A stretch of DNA of 64,000 nucleotides. Source: Tubulanus polymorphus. Taxonomy: Eukaryota; Animalia; Nemertea. The stretch spans positions 9,040,275-9,104,274 of the forward strand of contig NC_134032.1 in NCBI RefSeq assembly GCF_964204645.1. Reading direction: 5' to 3'. Position numbers and translations under genes: made by a program. The notes beneath the pieces were generated by a model. It did no database searches, was not told the DNA's origin, and saw only the letters and a list, made by a program, of their open reading frames with translations. Within the stretch, counting starts at the first letter, position 1. Every line of letters begins with the position of its first letter. Positions 1-13,200 of the stretch are shown here, in pieces.

Positions 1-262
1 GTCTCCGAATGTGGTTCCAAAACCTACGAAATTTCGGAATGGATCGATTACTACTTGCAGCCGATCGCCCGTAGTCACCCGTCGTACGTCAAAGACACCA
101 ATCATTTTTTTAGATATTTTGGCCGGTAAACAATTTAGCGCCAATGCGTTACTCGTCACCATGGACATCGATTCGCTATATACCAACAACCCCCACGAAG
201 AGGGTATTGCCAGCATCCGACAAGCTCTCCGAGATAACCCCAACCCGGGAAATGGCGGCTAG
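1..262 (+). mobile_element. Penelope-like retroelement reverse transcriptase fragment (frameshifted, truncated)
   Basis: Frame 1 reads VSECGSKTYEISEWIDYYLQPIARSHPSYVKDTNHF. A frameshift in the T-run at about 104-110 continues LDILAGKQFSANALLVTMDIDSLYTNNPHEEGIASIRQAL, and a stop follows at 262. These match the PLE/GIY-YIG-type RT motifs PSYxKDT and LVTxDxxSLYTNIPH. Confidence 0.8.
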
Positions 263-1292
263 CACCGCCAGGATCGCAAGTAGATAGTTGGTCGATTTCT
301 TCTAACATTTCGGTTAAAATTGAATGAAGTTTTCTCTTAAAAAGAATAAATTATTCGTGAAAACCATACCGATATCCGTGTAGAGAATGAAAATATTATA
401 TTGTATATTTGGTGGGCGCTGTAATAATATATGAATTCGGGAGTCCAAAAATCCAGGAAGAAAGACACTCTAAATATTTGGATGGATATATGAAAGCTGT
501 GGGTACTGGAGTGTTTAATGGGTAGTGTAGTGTGATCCGTGTGCATTTGTGGCCAGCACACAGATCACATTGTTCAATGGGGTTTGGTCCAGGACTCGCG
601 AGATTTTCAACAACACGGATGTAACGTGTAATAAATGATGACTTGAATTGCATGACTACCTACCACCCCTCATTATTGTTGGAAAACTAAACGTTCGGCA
701 CTGACTAAAAATTAGTAATAACATTTTAGAAATGGCCAGAATTTTAACTTAGGTTCTATCTCATTTTTATTTTACAATTGCGATTGGTATAATTTTTTTT
801 TAAACGGCCGTTAAGGCTTCATGTTTCGTCTGCAATTCACTGCAAATAGTTACGCAACTATGCACATTTCAGTGTTTTTGGCAGCTGTACACTCAATCGG
901 CACCGTTCGTGACTAGCTTCACTGCGGAATTATCATTAATTAACATCGCCATATCGCATCATCAACTTATATTGTGCCTTAAACCCTAACAGCCGAAATA
1001 ATTGAAATGCACACACGATTTCTATCATTGAAAATTGAGAGAGTGGCCATGATTGTGTTTGCTGCTTCGCGTAAATCCCGCGCGGTGGCGCAACCGCGCG
1101 GAGTGGGGCCGATACGTCCAGTTCAAAGTTCATTGAAAATGAACTGATTTGACAACGGACGACCTACTGCTCGGCACGCCATCTGGCGGAATAGCTGGTT
1201 TTGCGGATACCCCATTGTAAAATGGTTTATTCGATCATCTGCATCTTAATACTCTGTCAGGATGGCTGTTAAAATAATGCACTTCGCCTTAC

Positions 1293-1365
1293 CTGCATCA
1301 ATCGGTTGTATGTACATGGTTAACAAAACCAACAGAAGCTGCACCCAAAGAACTTTCTTCCCCAT
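1293..1365 (-). CDS. First coding exon (signal peptide) of an unidentified secreted or membrane protein; downstream exons not identified
   Basis: Exon 1404->1293 has a ttttcag acceptor and a G|gtaagg donor. ATG at 1365 gives MGKKVLWVQLLLVLLTMYIQPIDA-G: basic n-region, hydrophobic core, small residue at the cleavage site, and a phase-1 intron. A possible upstream UTR exon donor (gtaagtaagt) lies at about 3942. Confidence 0.6.
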
Positions 1366-2103
1366 GTCATCAATATTGTCAATGTGCGGATGAATTATTT
1401 CGATCTGAAAATGAATGATAAAACAATGAAATAAATACGCTTTTATTCAAATCAAAATCAGGTAATTTTCACTGAATAAATCTCTTCTGACTATTAATCA
1501 ATTTTGAATTTTTGGAGTGACGAAAATTGTATGCGATTAAACCATATTTCAAAATCATTCATATATTCGTAAATTGCATGTTAAAGAAATAACCGTTAAT
1601 CTATATAAATTTCTTATCATTCCGATCCCAGCAATCGGATGAATTCGATTCGCCTTAAGCGTGAATATGATACGTATGATATGCATATTATGTAAAGTAT
1701 AACTGTTAGTACTAACCGCGTGTGCGCCGGACGTGTGCGTTCCTCGATCAGCAAAATCATTCGTTGAAATGACAATGAATACGCAACGCGTTCGCCTGAT
1801 ATGAAAATCTAAAATTGCTGATCGTGCAAAGATTTCTGACACTTCTGCGCAGTAATCTGATGTATCGATTACTCGAGCTGTACAGTTTAAAAAGTACTAA
1901 AATGTTTCCACTGAAATTGACTTAACCGCCCGCGTGTAACCTTGGAACTGGTGGGCCCTCAGTTTCAAGAATCAAAGCTGTAAACTTGAAGCGCTGATTA
2001 GATTTTACTAGTTCTATTCAATAAAGTTTTACTGTCTAATGAACGAACATACATTTCTGTTCACGAACCACAAGATCCACGATTGCACACTCGAAGCGTT
2101 TAT

Positions 2104-2870
2104 GTTCTACCAAGCCCAGTTCCATGCGTATGTTGCAGATTCAGAACCTAGTTCTACCCAGCCCAGTTCCATGCGAAGGTTGCAGATTCAGAACCTAGTT
2201 CTACTCAGTCCAGTTCCATGTGAAGGTTGGAAATTTCGGAACACCCAACCCAGTTCCATGTGCATTTAGGTTCCAGATTCGAAACCTACCCAGCCCAGTT
2301 CGACGTACATATAGGTTTTGCTGGTTTCGGAACCTAGTTCTAACCAGCCCAGTTCCATGTGAAAATTGGGAATTTCAGAACACCCAACCCAGTTCCATGT
2401 GAAAATTAGAAATTTCGGAACACCCAACCCAGTTCCATGTGCATTTAGGTTCCAGATTCGGAACCTACCCAGCCCAGTTCGACGTACATATAGGTTGGAG
2501 GTTGCGGCACCAAGTTCTACCCAGCCCAGTTCCATGTGTAAATTGGGAATTTCAGAACACCCAGCCCAGTTCCATGTGCATTTAGGTTTTGTGCATTCGG
2601 AACCTACCCACCAGTTCCACGTTTTTATATAGGTTGGTGGTTTCCGAACCTTCTACTCAGCTCAGTTCCATGTGTAGTTTGGGAGTCTCGGAACACCCAG
2701 CCCAGTTCCATGTGCATTTAGGTTCTAGATTCGGAACCTAGTTCTACCGAGCCCAGTTCCACGTTTACATATAGGTTGGAGGTTTCGGAACCTATAGTTC
2801 TACCCAGCCTAGTCTCACGCTGGTAGGTTGGAGGATCTGAACCTTGTAGGGTGTACTACTCGGCCCAGTT
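2104..2870. repeat. Complex minisatellite with CCCAGCCCAGTTCCATG core and higher-order repetition
   Basis: Many ~35-45 bp variants of aacctagttctacccagcccagttccatg, with longer blocks repeated at about 180 bp (seen as duplicated peptides in the spurious ORFs). Confidence 0.85.
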
Positions 2871-5800
2871 GGAGTCAAGTTTTACGTCGATAATGATTCA
2901 AGAACTCCATTTCAAATTATGTGAACTGTGAAGGCTTCCTGTAGATAAACTGGATCCGATCATCCATCTCCGTTCTTGTCAATTCATTGTCTACAACAAT
3001 ATCTTTATTGCACATACAATATTAATTAACGCACGTACAATATAGATACATATTAATATGCAGGCCAAGCAAGCCAACGCAAAACACTTGTGCCAATCCC
3101 CCTACCCCCAGTGTTACATACGGGGCAACGCGGGCAGGTGTTAGATGCTCGTATGGAAATGTTTATGAAATGAAATATCGAACGCGGAGAGCTGTAGGCA
3201 CGAGCAAATTATTATATTCAAACAACACCCGACCAACCTTGGGGGTGATATGATAATCAATTATACGCATAACTCTGTTACTGTTCAACATTACATTTAT
3301 GTCGTAAATAAATTTCGATATACGTTTGTTTTTCAAAGTAGGCCTTTTAGACTATTTCTTATAATAATAGGCCCCCTAAACTTCCGGGGGTTAGTACAAA
3401 AGTGTGATGTATGTCCAGTTTTCACCATTTAGGCTATGTAGCTCAATTATCAATAATAACCACGTGACACATGTCCGAGGAATGCATTGCCTTTCATTTG
3501 TCTCCTATATACATGTACTTTTATGGTTTAGGTGACGTGGTTGGAGATACTCTGGCGGCGTTAATGTTTTTGACGCTGCGCAGGTGTACAACAGGCAATC
3601 ATATCTAATTATCAAACTCTCACCGCCCGACATGGGACACGAATTATTACTCATTACTTGTGACAACGAACTCTACAACGATTCATCGGATATCACAAAT
3701 ATAGAATTTTGTCCCACAATGAGACTTGACTAATTTCATACTGGGTATAACGAACTATCGGTTATAACGAGCATTTTTTTTCTGGTCCCGTGAACTTCGT
3801 TGTTACGAGGTTCCACTAATCCAATTTCAAATTCAGCTCAGTCAATCGTCTGACGCTCTCGCATGTCAGTGCGGGTCATTTCTTTCTTGATCAAAAGGGC
3901 ACAATCTCATCAGAGGTCCGTCAGGCCCCAAAACTTACTTACATCAGGCTTAGTGCAGTCGTGAAACACTGCTATTCGATTTTCTGTAAGAATTCCCTCT
4001 ATATCGAATATACATGGTGCTGCAGCGCAAAAACCCGATATCGCTGCTTTGCAGCTATATTTATTTTTCCTCACTGTCGAACCCAAATATCAAGCGCATT
4101 ATAGCGCGTGTCGAGAACTCCACAAAATAACTGGATTCCGTCTTGAATGATAAGTGAACGAATGCGATAGCGCTGGGATTAAAACGAGTTGGTACTCGTT
4201 CTGAATACCAGCAGACGATGAACCGGGTTCCCGAAAACGAAGGTTAGATACTAAAATAGAGGGTACTACTGTAAACTGCCAAAAAACAAAGAGGAAAATA
4301 CTAACATATTATATTCATTTTATATACATTTTATTGATCATAATATTTCTTTTTTATGAGGATGTCATTCGTTTTTAGTACATTGTTTACATTTTTGTTT
4401 GGCATATCATCATAATATCATAAATATAATTCATTATATACGATATATATTTAGTTCAATTTCAAAGAGTTTTTTAAACTCTGTCATCAACTGGGCAACT
4501 TGAGTTACCGATCCCTCCATTGTATCCACGCGTGGACATTTCTCTCTTGCTAACTATACTAGTAACCACCAGGGTGCGCAATTTCACAAAAAGGATTTCA
4601 CACTATGTTCGACTCCCCCAGGGTTTTCGTTAATGACAAAAAGCTTCCCAGGTTTAGACGAAATTTAAAGTCTAACTCTTAAATTGATTTAAGGTAAACA
4701 GAATAGGTGAAGAAATTAAATCAATTTGAGAGTTAGAACCTATTTGCAAAATTGACACCAGGTATGTCGTTTCACAATGCTGATTTATCATCAAATTCTT
4801 ATATTTACAAATTACAGATTTTTGTTTTAACTCCGTTTTTCTCTAATTTTCAAAGATCTACCGACAATTATGGGATATCATACAGCAAAAAGCCAAGCGC
4901 GAGTTTTTCTCTAAAAAGTATTCATCTTTCGTCCGAGTGCTCAAACCCTAGAAAGTTCCACATTTGAGGGTTAGTTTTGGTTACAAGGTCAAAATCAATT
5001 CATTATCAAATACTTTAACAACAGTCAAAACAGTAATTTTCTACAGCCAAAACGAGCTCATTTTTAAAAGCATTCAAAAATTACGCAGTCAGAATAAGTT
5101 CATTTTCAATTAATTCAAATCTACAATCTGAATTAACTTCAACTCTACTGTAAAATTATTCTTTTTTCCAATAACCGAATAATGGTGAAAATAAACCCAC
5201 ATTTAATATGGAACTATTTTGAGGGTTGGCACTAAGAAACTTAAGGAGATATTGGCGGAATTTCTGTTCTGAATGTCCTTCCATCATTTCGATGGGAAAA
5301 ATGATCGTTCGGAAAACAGTAGACTTAATCGGACAATCGTTACGTATAATACTGATAACCCCTGAAAGGATAGAGTGGCAGGCAGTGGCAGGCGTGTCGA
5401 TGTGATCAGCCTCGCTCGCCATCGCCGGTGAAATAAAATAATCAAGAAATAAACTCTGTTACCAAGACAACAACAACAAACAAACAAACAAACAAACGCG
5501 GCGACTGAAATCGCCCGCCAGGGTCGACTTCGTGCTGTGTAACGCCGGACCCCGGAAGTATTGTGGCCCCGGCAGGTGAATACTGTACAAATTAAAATTC
5601 TAAGTCATCAATATACAACTCTAACTAAATGTATTCTCTAAACACGATATGATAATCACCGATTTTTTTTTTGGAACGACTTTTTTCGCAATGGCGCGAT
5701 AGAAACTATAAAACAGTAAGCGGGTATCAATCTGCAGCCTGGAATAAACCCCTCCGACAATCTGCAGCTCTGAATCACCTCCATTTTCGGATATTGTATA

Positions 5801-7292
5801 GTGAAGTATCGGTTTTTGAAAGTGTTGATTGTAGTTCATTTTCAACTGTGAAGTCCTGAACGCATATGCTGTGTGGAAAATTACTCGTTGTAAGTGTTGA
5901 TAAAATGTCCAATGTCCGGCGTTTGTAGTTCATTTTCAACTAAAAGTGAAGTTCGGAACACATGCAGTGTGGACAATCAGTTTTCGTAACGTACCCATGA
6001 ACTGACAATTGCCTGGTGCTTGTAGTATATTTGAAATATATCTAAACACATTTGAAGTGTGCGCGATCACTTTTTAAAAGTTTGCCGATAAAATATCTAA
6101 TGATGGATTTTCAATCGAAAATGTCCGATGTGAAGTCACACATGTGAAGTGCGGATGAATAAAAATTGATTGTAAACTCGGTGATTCGTAGTGATGATTG
6201 TCTAAAGGGGGGGGGGGGGGTAGGGGCCGGATTGATACCCGTACGGTCTTCTCTAAATTCAGCGAAGCGCGGCCTGTGAACGCGGTTATGAATTAAATCA
6301 TGAATTAATTTTACTCTCCATGACGGGCCCGCCGACTGCTGTCATTACAAGTACGATTCAATCAATTCTTTATTGAATATACATGTACTTTATATATATA
6401 TATATATATTATATACAACAGCATGAATTGATGATGTAATACACGTATTTGGAAATAGCGCTTTGACTATAGGTATTTGAGCAAGCTTTTTTCGATCATA
6501 CATAATGCTATCTTAACAAATTTCTATTTTTACAAGATTTTTTTCCTGTGGACTCAAATGCAACCACCAAGCGTGGTTGGTTTTAGATGTTTGGCTCCGA
6601 CAGATCCTCAGGGCGCAGTTGTACTGTCAGGATTTAAATCAAAATGTGGTCTATGACAGGTCCTAAGTTTTTGTTACAACCTAAACGACCTTAGACGGGT
6701 CTTACGTTACAGAAACGACATGGGCTTAGACTGTGGTTTGCTTATAAAACCAAAATGAATTTAGACTGGTGTTTGAGAGATTGTTTATGGAACCAAAACA
6801 AGCATAGACTTGCATGGTCTTGAATCATTAGATTGTATGTCGATTCTCAGAATCAAGATTTAACTGGCCTTACCAGAAGCGGGACTTTTCATTGTTATCA
6901 TTCTGAATCATAGGTTAAGAACTGTCAGGACAAGCGGCGAAGATAGAGCAAGGCAGAACCTAGATATACGGTGAAGACTTAAACCCAAAAATGGTCTTGA
7001 ATACTAAGCCCTGTCTCAAAGTTCATCTGTCAACTACGGAGACAAGACCAATATTAAATCTACGCCATGACAGTATAACTAGGTTTTCATACGTGCCTCT
7101 GTAGATTGTGACAAAGGTTCATAATACATTGTTATTTTGGGAGGGGGTTGCTACATCCATTCTAACAAAGCCGAGAATTATAAACCACGCAAAACATTAA
7201 GCAGCAGTGCCCCCTAGTGTGACAAATTCGAAGTTCAGGAATGTGAAGAACGGTGCTGTTTTTTGTTTTTTTTTTTCGAGGGGTCGAAGTTT

Positions 7293-10200
7293 CTATCTAC
7301 TGCCATCGGGTGACGTGCTGGTCGTGGTAGCCATCGGCGATGTCGCCGTTGTCCCGTTGTTTGTTGCCGTGGCGCCGCCATCTTTACTCGTGCTCGTTAG
7401 AATATCTTCGAAGTTATCTTCCGACTTGCTTCCCGTCACCTTCGACTGCAAAAGAAAAATACGAAAAATAAAGTTTGAGAAACGGCATTAGTTTCCACCA
7501 TAGAAAAAAAACATAAATTTGATAATTTTCTTTTTATGCAAATTTCAAAAATAAAAAATGTAAAAACCAAAAAGATCGAGTTAAAAACTACATCTTATCT
7601 TTTGTTGTAGTTGTGAAAAGCGCCATTTTTTATTTACAACTAAATTGAAAATTCATGGATGAAAATTGATAGTCGAAAAAAGAGAGAACTCGGCGAAATT
7701 TTACCATTTTTACTTCGCGAAAAATTTTCCTATTTTACAACGCGAAACAAAAAATTGCTAAGACGTGGTTCCAAAATGAACGACAGTCGAACCCGCTTAA
7801 TTTTGTTCAGGCCGGCACCAGGGTAGCCCCATTTAACCCCCATAAATATGCGCTATGCGTAAATGTATATAAATACAATGTTAAACAGTGGCGGCTTCAC
7901 CCCCTTTCTCCGGCAGAGTGACCTTGGAATTTCTACCCAAGACTTTATGATTAGAATATGTCGAAATTGTTAACATATTTCATTACTAATTTCAACCAAG
8001 TTAGTGCTTAGAATGTATCTAATTTTCAAAATTTTCCGGAGGAGCATAGCCAGACCCTGCCCCATATGTAAACAGTGAGCCAAGTAAGTAGTGCGCACCC
8101 CTTTTCCGAAAAGCTAGATCAGCCCCCGTTTTAATATAGATTACTAGTGCCACCAGATGAATTTCATGATGCGAATTAAGCGGGTTCTACTGTAATTTCA
8201 ACTTCAATTACATGTACAGTCAAAAACCAACGACTGTGGAATTCTAGACGCAAAGTGACCACGGCAAGAGTTTCGCGTGAAAAATATCGACTGCAACTAC
8301 AAGAATCATACGTATCATAAATAATGAATAACGAGTCTAGATAAAGATAGAGAATTTCTAAAATGATATATATATATATACCGGTATATATAGATATAGG
8401 TGTAAAAATGAACAAGTGTCGGTAAAAGCATGATACCTTCATAGCTATAAACCTATAGGGCTTGGTTCCTCAGTTCAGACGCAGGTTACGCATTTGCACA
8501 GTAACGACTAGAGTCCAAATAGTTGATCAATCTTTAGACCGATGTTACGTAGCCCTGTATAAATGTCTCTGGAGCTAAAATGAGCTTAGACCGAAGTCAC
8601 TAAAGGGTTACCTGATAAGTTGATAACATCGGTCATAGAATGAAAAAAAAATATCAGAATGGTCTTGTTAGATTAAGAAACAAAACGAGCTTAGACTAGT
8701 ACGAAGTTTTGACCGTCCATCTGGACGCTCGCTCGAATCCGAGACTCAACTGTGGAACCGGCCCCAGATATGATAGTTCAAAGATATTATGTTTCTAAAA
8801 TATAAGACGAAACAAATGCGAAGAGAACGTTTTCAAAATACAAATTTTCAGTGAGACGAAAAATGTGGTTACGAACTACATACATAGAATATGTGCGCGA
8901 CGAAGACCTAGTTTTAACCCTGGCATGCTAGTCAGGGTTCATGAAATCTACCCTCGCATGTGGGTAAAACGTAGTAAAACACCCGCTAAATATGAATATC
9001 TATAGGAACCAATATAAATGACGCGTGGCCGAAAACAACAGGTTCACATGTATTAAGTGAAGGTGAACGATTCAATACAATTCAAATTTATTGCTTCCGA
9101 CTAACAAGAAAATTACATCGGACAGACAAAAAACGCAATATCAACGCGACCTTTTACATATAACTAAGATGAAGTCGTGGTAGTTAGGACGGTTGTCATC
9201 ATCCAATCCAAATGACTTCGAATGAATTCAAAATACAAATCGGGACTAAAAAAAGAAGCGACTTCAGCAATGTAATGACTTACACGATGACGACTTAAAC
9301 CAGCATGACTGAATAATTGTTGACACCGCATTTTTGCAATTTTTGGCACGCTGTTTTGAATTTGAGATCAAAATAAACCAGCATGACTGTGTAATTGTCG
9401 ACATCGCATATTTGCAATTTTTGGCACGCTGTTTTGAATTTGAGATCAAATTAAACCGGCATGACTGTATAATTGTTGACATCGCATTTTTGCAATTTTT
9501 GGCACGCTGTTTTGAATTTGTGATCAAATTAAACCAGCATGACTGTATAATTGTTGACATCGCATTTTTGTAATTTTTGGCACGCTGTTTTGAATTTGAG
9601 ATCAAATTGCGGTAATTGCCGATGTTTTGCAGCCGACTCGTTGACTGCAGCTTCAGGTTATTCGCTACAAATTTTCAGCAGATTTGGTTTCTTTATCGCT
9701 GAGAAAAGCGATTCACTTTTTTTTGGGACACCCGGCGTATTACGATTACAAAATATACATTTCTTTTTAATCTTCAGAACATTTTTTTTCCTAGGAAAAT
9801 TTACCAGAAAAAATTGAAATCTGCAGTTGCAATGTGTTCATTTTCAATGGTTTATTAAAACCAAAGACTCGAATTTCAAAACTTGGACTTCAAAATGAGT
9901 CCGGAACTTCGGAACCATTTAATCAGACCCCTCCATGATTTCTTAAAGTGAAAATATATTCAATCAACATCAATGACCGTTTCAATGTTGAACCCTTGAG
10001 TCAAATTCCATCGGGTCCAGAGCCTGAAAATGACCCCTCAGCCTCGGTAATTTCTGAAGTTTAAAATTGTTTCAATCAGACAAGAAGAAATCATCACAGT
10101 TCAAGCTTTATTCTGTACAATATTGCCACCCATCGTAGGATAGAAATAAAGATTTCATTAAGATCTTAAAATATTTTCCCGAAAACCAATTTTCTCAGGC

Positions 10201-13200
10201 GAAAGACAGTCGAGCTGTTTCCTTCAGTCAAAGAAGTGCGATGGGCTAAGGTACACAAAGACCCGTCCAGAGAAGATGGCGGCATCGGGAAAGTCCCCTA
10301 TGATATCATCACTATGCTAAATCAATTGAGACTTTGTCACAGTTACTAATGACATCATAGGTATCGTAGGTGCAGGCAGCCACTTTGGTGGTTACGTAAA
10401 ATGTCTGCATTCATTAGATCCACCTATGATGTCATCAGATCGCTTTAAGGATTTTTAATGAATGCATATTTTCTGAAATAAGCGTAATCAGGGGTATTGC
10501 GATGATGTCATAGGAAGATTTCGCAAATGCGGCCATGTTTTCCGGAAGGGTTTACAACGCAACGCGGTAGGGCGTGGAGGGTCGGATGTCGAGTGCGATG
10601 GCCAGACATCAAACATCATTTTGAAACAACACTGACGAAGAAGATTTATACCCACCGAGCTAAAAGATCATTTTTAGTCCCAACTCACCACTTTAGTCTT
10701 TAAATTCCCGATTGATTTGGATTTCTGAGACGTATGCATTTGAAAAAGCGATAAGAAAATTGAGAGAAATTTAAAATTTGAGCGATTGATGAAGTGAAGT
10801 TTTTTGGCTTTCTTTTGTCACCCGAGCTAGCGATGTCTCCCGATTGCACTGCCACCTATCAGACATTTAAAGAATCGACGAGGAGATAGCCCTGCCACCT
10901 AGTGGATAGTTCACCTTTCTGACCCAATTATAACGAAATGTAAAAGTGATTCTTTTTAATCCCATAATTTACCAAATTTTATCAGAGCCCCGGGCGTACT
11001 GCCATCATGCTGTTGATGTTTCCCCGATAAGCGCCCGCCCCTAGAAGCATGCTTTTCAAGCCCGGTGCTGCCACCCATGTATACATCATATACGGTGCTG
11101 CCTCGCAGGTCAAGCCAAAAAGTTGCAGCAGTTGCACCAGCGCCGCGAACTAGCAGACAGATCGTCAAAACATGTGCTGCCACCAATTAGCTGCTTTTCA
11201 GACTACCATCTGTTATTCAGCTACCCATGTCTGTTTTCTGACGAGGTACTGCCCCCTAGCAGAAAGACAACCAACACAAGTACTGCCACCTATTAGCCAT
11301 AATTCGAGACTAGGCACTGCCACCTATTGATTAAATCACTCACCATTTCTTGTGGATTACGCTGTGGCTGATAGGGGGTCGATGATGTAAAAAGCCTCAC
11401 TGATCGTGATCTCTGCAATCACATATAGGGGGCGCCACAATACATTTTTTTTTGTTTACAATCAAAATTCGAAAAGACTACACGCATGATTTTTTGTCGG
11501 TAGGCGGTAACTTGATTCACAGAAAAAGAGGAGGGCAAAAGCGATCTTTCTTGTAAATGTCCCCGCTAAACTAGCCACAAGAAGTTCATGAGTTGGATGT
11601 AATTCAATCCCTCACCGCCAGGTGGCGCTTTCGGCCTTACACGCTCACCACCAGGCTATCACGATCTCAATCAACCACCCCGATTCATAATGATAAATAT
11701 CTATCACTGGTGATGAATTGTCGTATAGCTGGACCCAATTCCAACAGTTCTTGATTCAAATTTGATGTGCAGATTAAAAAACAAAAGAGGTGACTGATTT
11801 AAACTACTGCATCAAATGAATAAGTTTCCCAAAAGAGTCTTACGCGATAAAACTAAACAAAAAGAAACCAAGATTGGCTTTTACCGGGTAATTACAACCA
11901 CCTGATGATGGCTGTTAAGTCAACAGCAGAAATTTTATTGCATAAAATTTTATTATGGGACTTTCTCAGTTCTCTATACACAAGGCTTTGAGTGTTTCAT
12001 AAGACTATCCTTTAAGTCAAACTTCAGTAATGAAGAACTGTGGAACTGGGACCCAATATTTTGAGTCAGTCTTTCGAGAAAACCAACTCTGGGCATAGAT
12101 AAAACCCACCAGCCCCAAGAATACAAAACGCGGGCCACGGGCTTATAAAACCGAGATAATAGCCCCGAGCGTAAAACCTGGCCCAAGGACACCTTGTCAC
12201 TTTGGTATATGGTATGAAAATAAAACCAGGCCCAGAGAATATGAAATTCAAAACCAGGGGGCCGTTGCACAGTGATAGCTTGCTTTAGGTTTAAGTCTAA
12301 GACCATCTCAGTTCTATTGCCAATTTAACAACAACTTAAGACCACCCTCAAAATTTAAGGCCACTTTGGACTTTAAGCCAGGACTGTGCAACTTGGGCTA
12401 CTATATAAGCTTGGTTATACTGAGGCCAGGGTTATAAAGTAATATAATTTGTATATACGTATGTATATATATATATATAGCAATTGATTGAGGCGCAAAC
12501 CTTTGTAATATAATTATGATTAATTATAGTTTTACTGGTGAGCGCTGAACTCGGCGCTAAGCGTCTGATCTCTATAATCAGCGTGGGTTATACCGTGTTC
12601 AACAGCTCCCTGCATCACCACAAACGACGAACGTATCACAGCAGCAGCGACAGAGAGAAATCAGTATTCATAAATCAAATTCATATTCGGGAGAAATATG
12701 GCCGCGTCGACTTGTTCGGGCAAAACGGTAGTAGAGGAGTCGTGTTAAAACTGGGAGTCCGATCGGTAAAACGTAATGGCAGTACTTCGAAGCATAACTA
12801 GATTTATTTACGAGTACGAGAATTCGTTACAAGTGCATAGTAGCTTCATCGTTATATATTCAATTCATTTACCTGGTCAAGCTACTATGCGCTAGTAGCG
12901 AAGGCTCGTATTCTAGATGAATCTACTTAATCTTTGAAGTACTATCCGTCTTCAGGTTTCACAAAACGGTAATGGTTAATAGTAAACTCAACCCCGCTCG
13001 ACCCCCGCCCAACATTATATTGTTACGGTGAAAGTAAATATGTATTGGAGCGCTAAGATTGACGAGTGTTCAGGCTACATACCTTCACTGTGGTGTAAGC
13101 GTTCCCGACACGTTCCTCGAATGATTTAAAAGTGTTCGAATTTCTGAAACGAGAAACGTTACGGAAGAAGTTTAACGACGAATAAACTTTTCGATTTAGA

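Noticed and set aside
396-653. ORF with Cys cluster (QCDLCAGHKC) as the next exon of the signal-peptide gene
   Set aside because: No convincing phase-1 acceptor/donor pair and no recognisable domain.
9264-9605. Repetitive ORFs on both strands
   Set aside because: By-products of the 78-bp (3n) tandem repeat.
10038-10098. Minus-strand C/D-box-like segment (GTGATGA..CTGA) with partial complementarity to the 18S GCCGCGGTAATT region
   Set aside because: Mismatch inside the guide, no terminal stem seen, and it overlaps a degenerate local duplication; likely chance.
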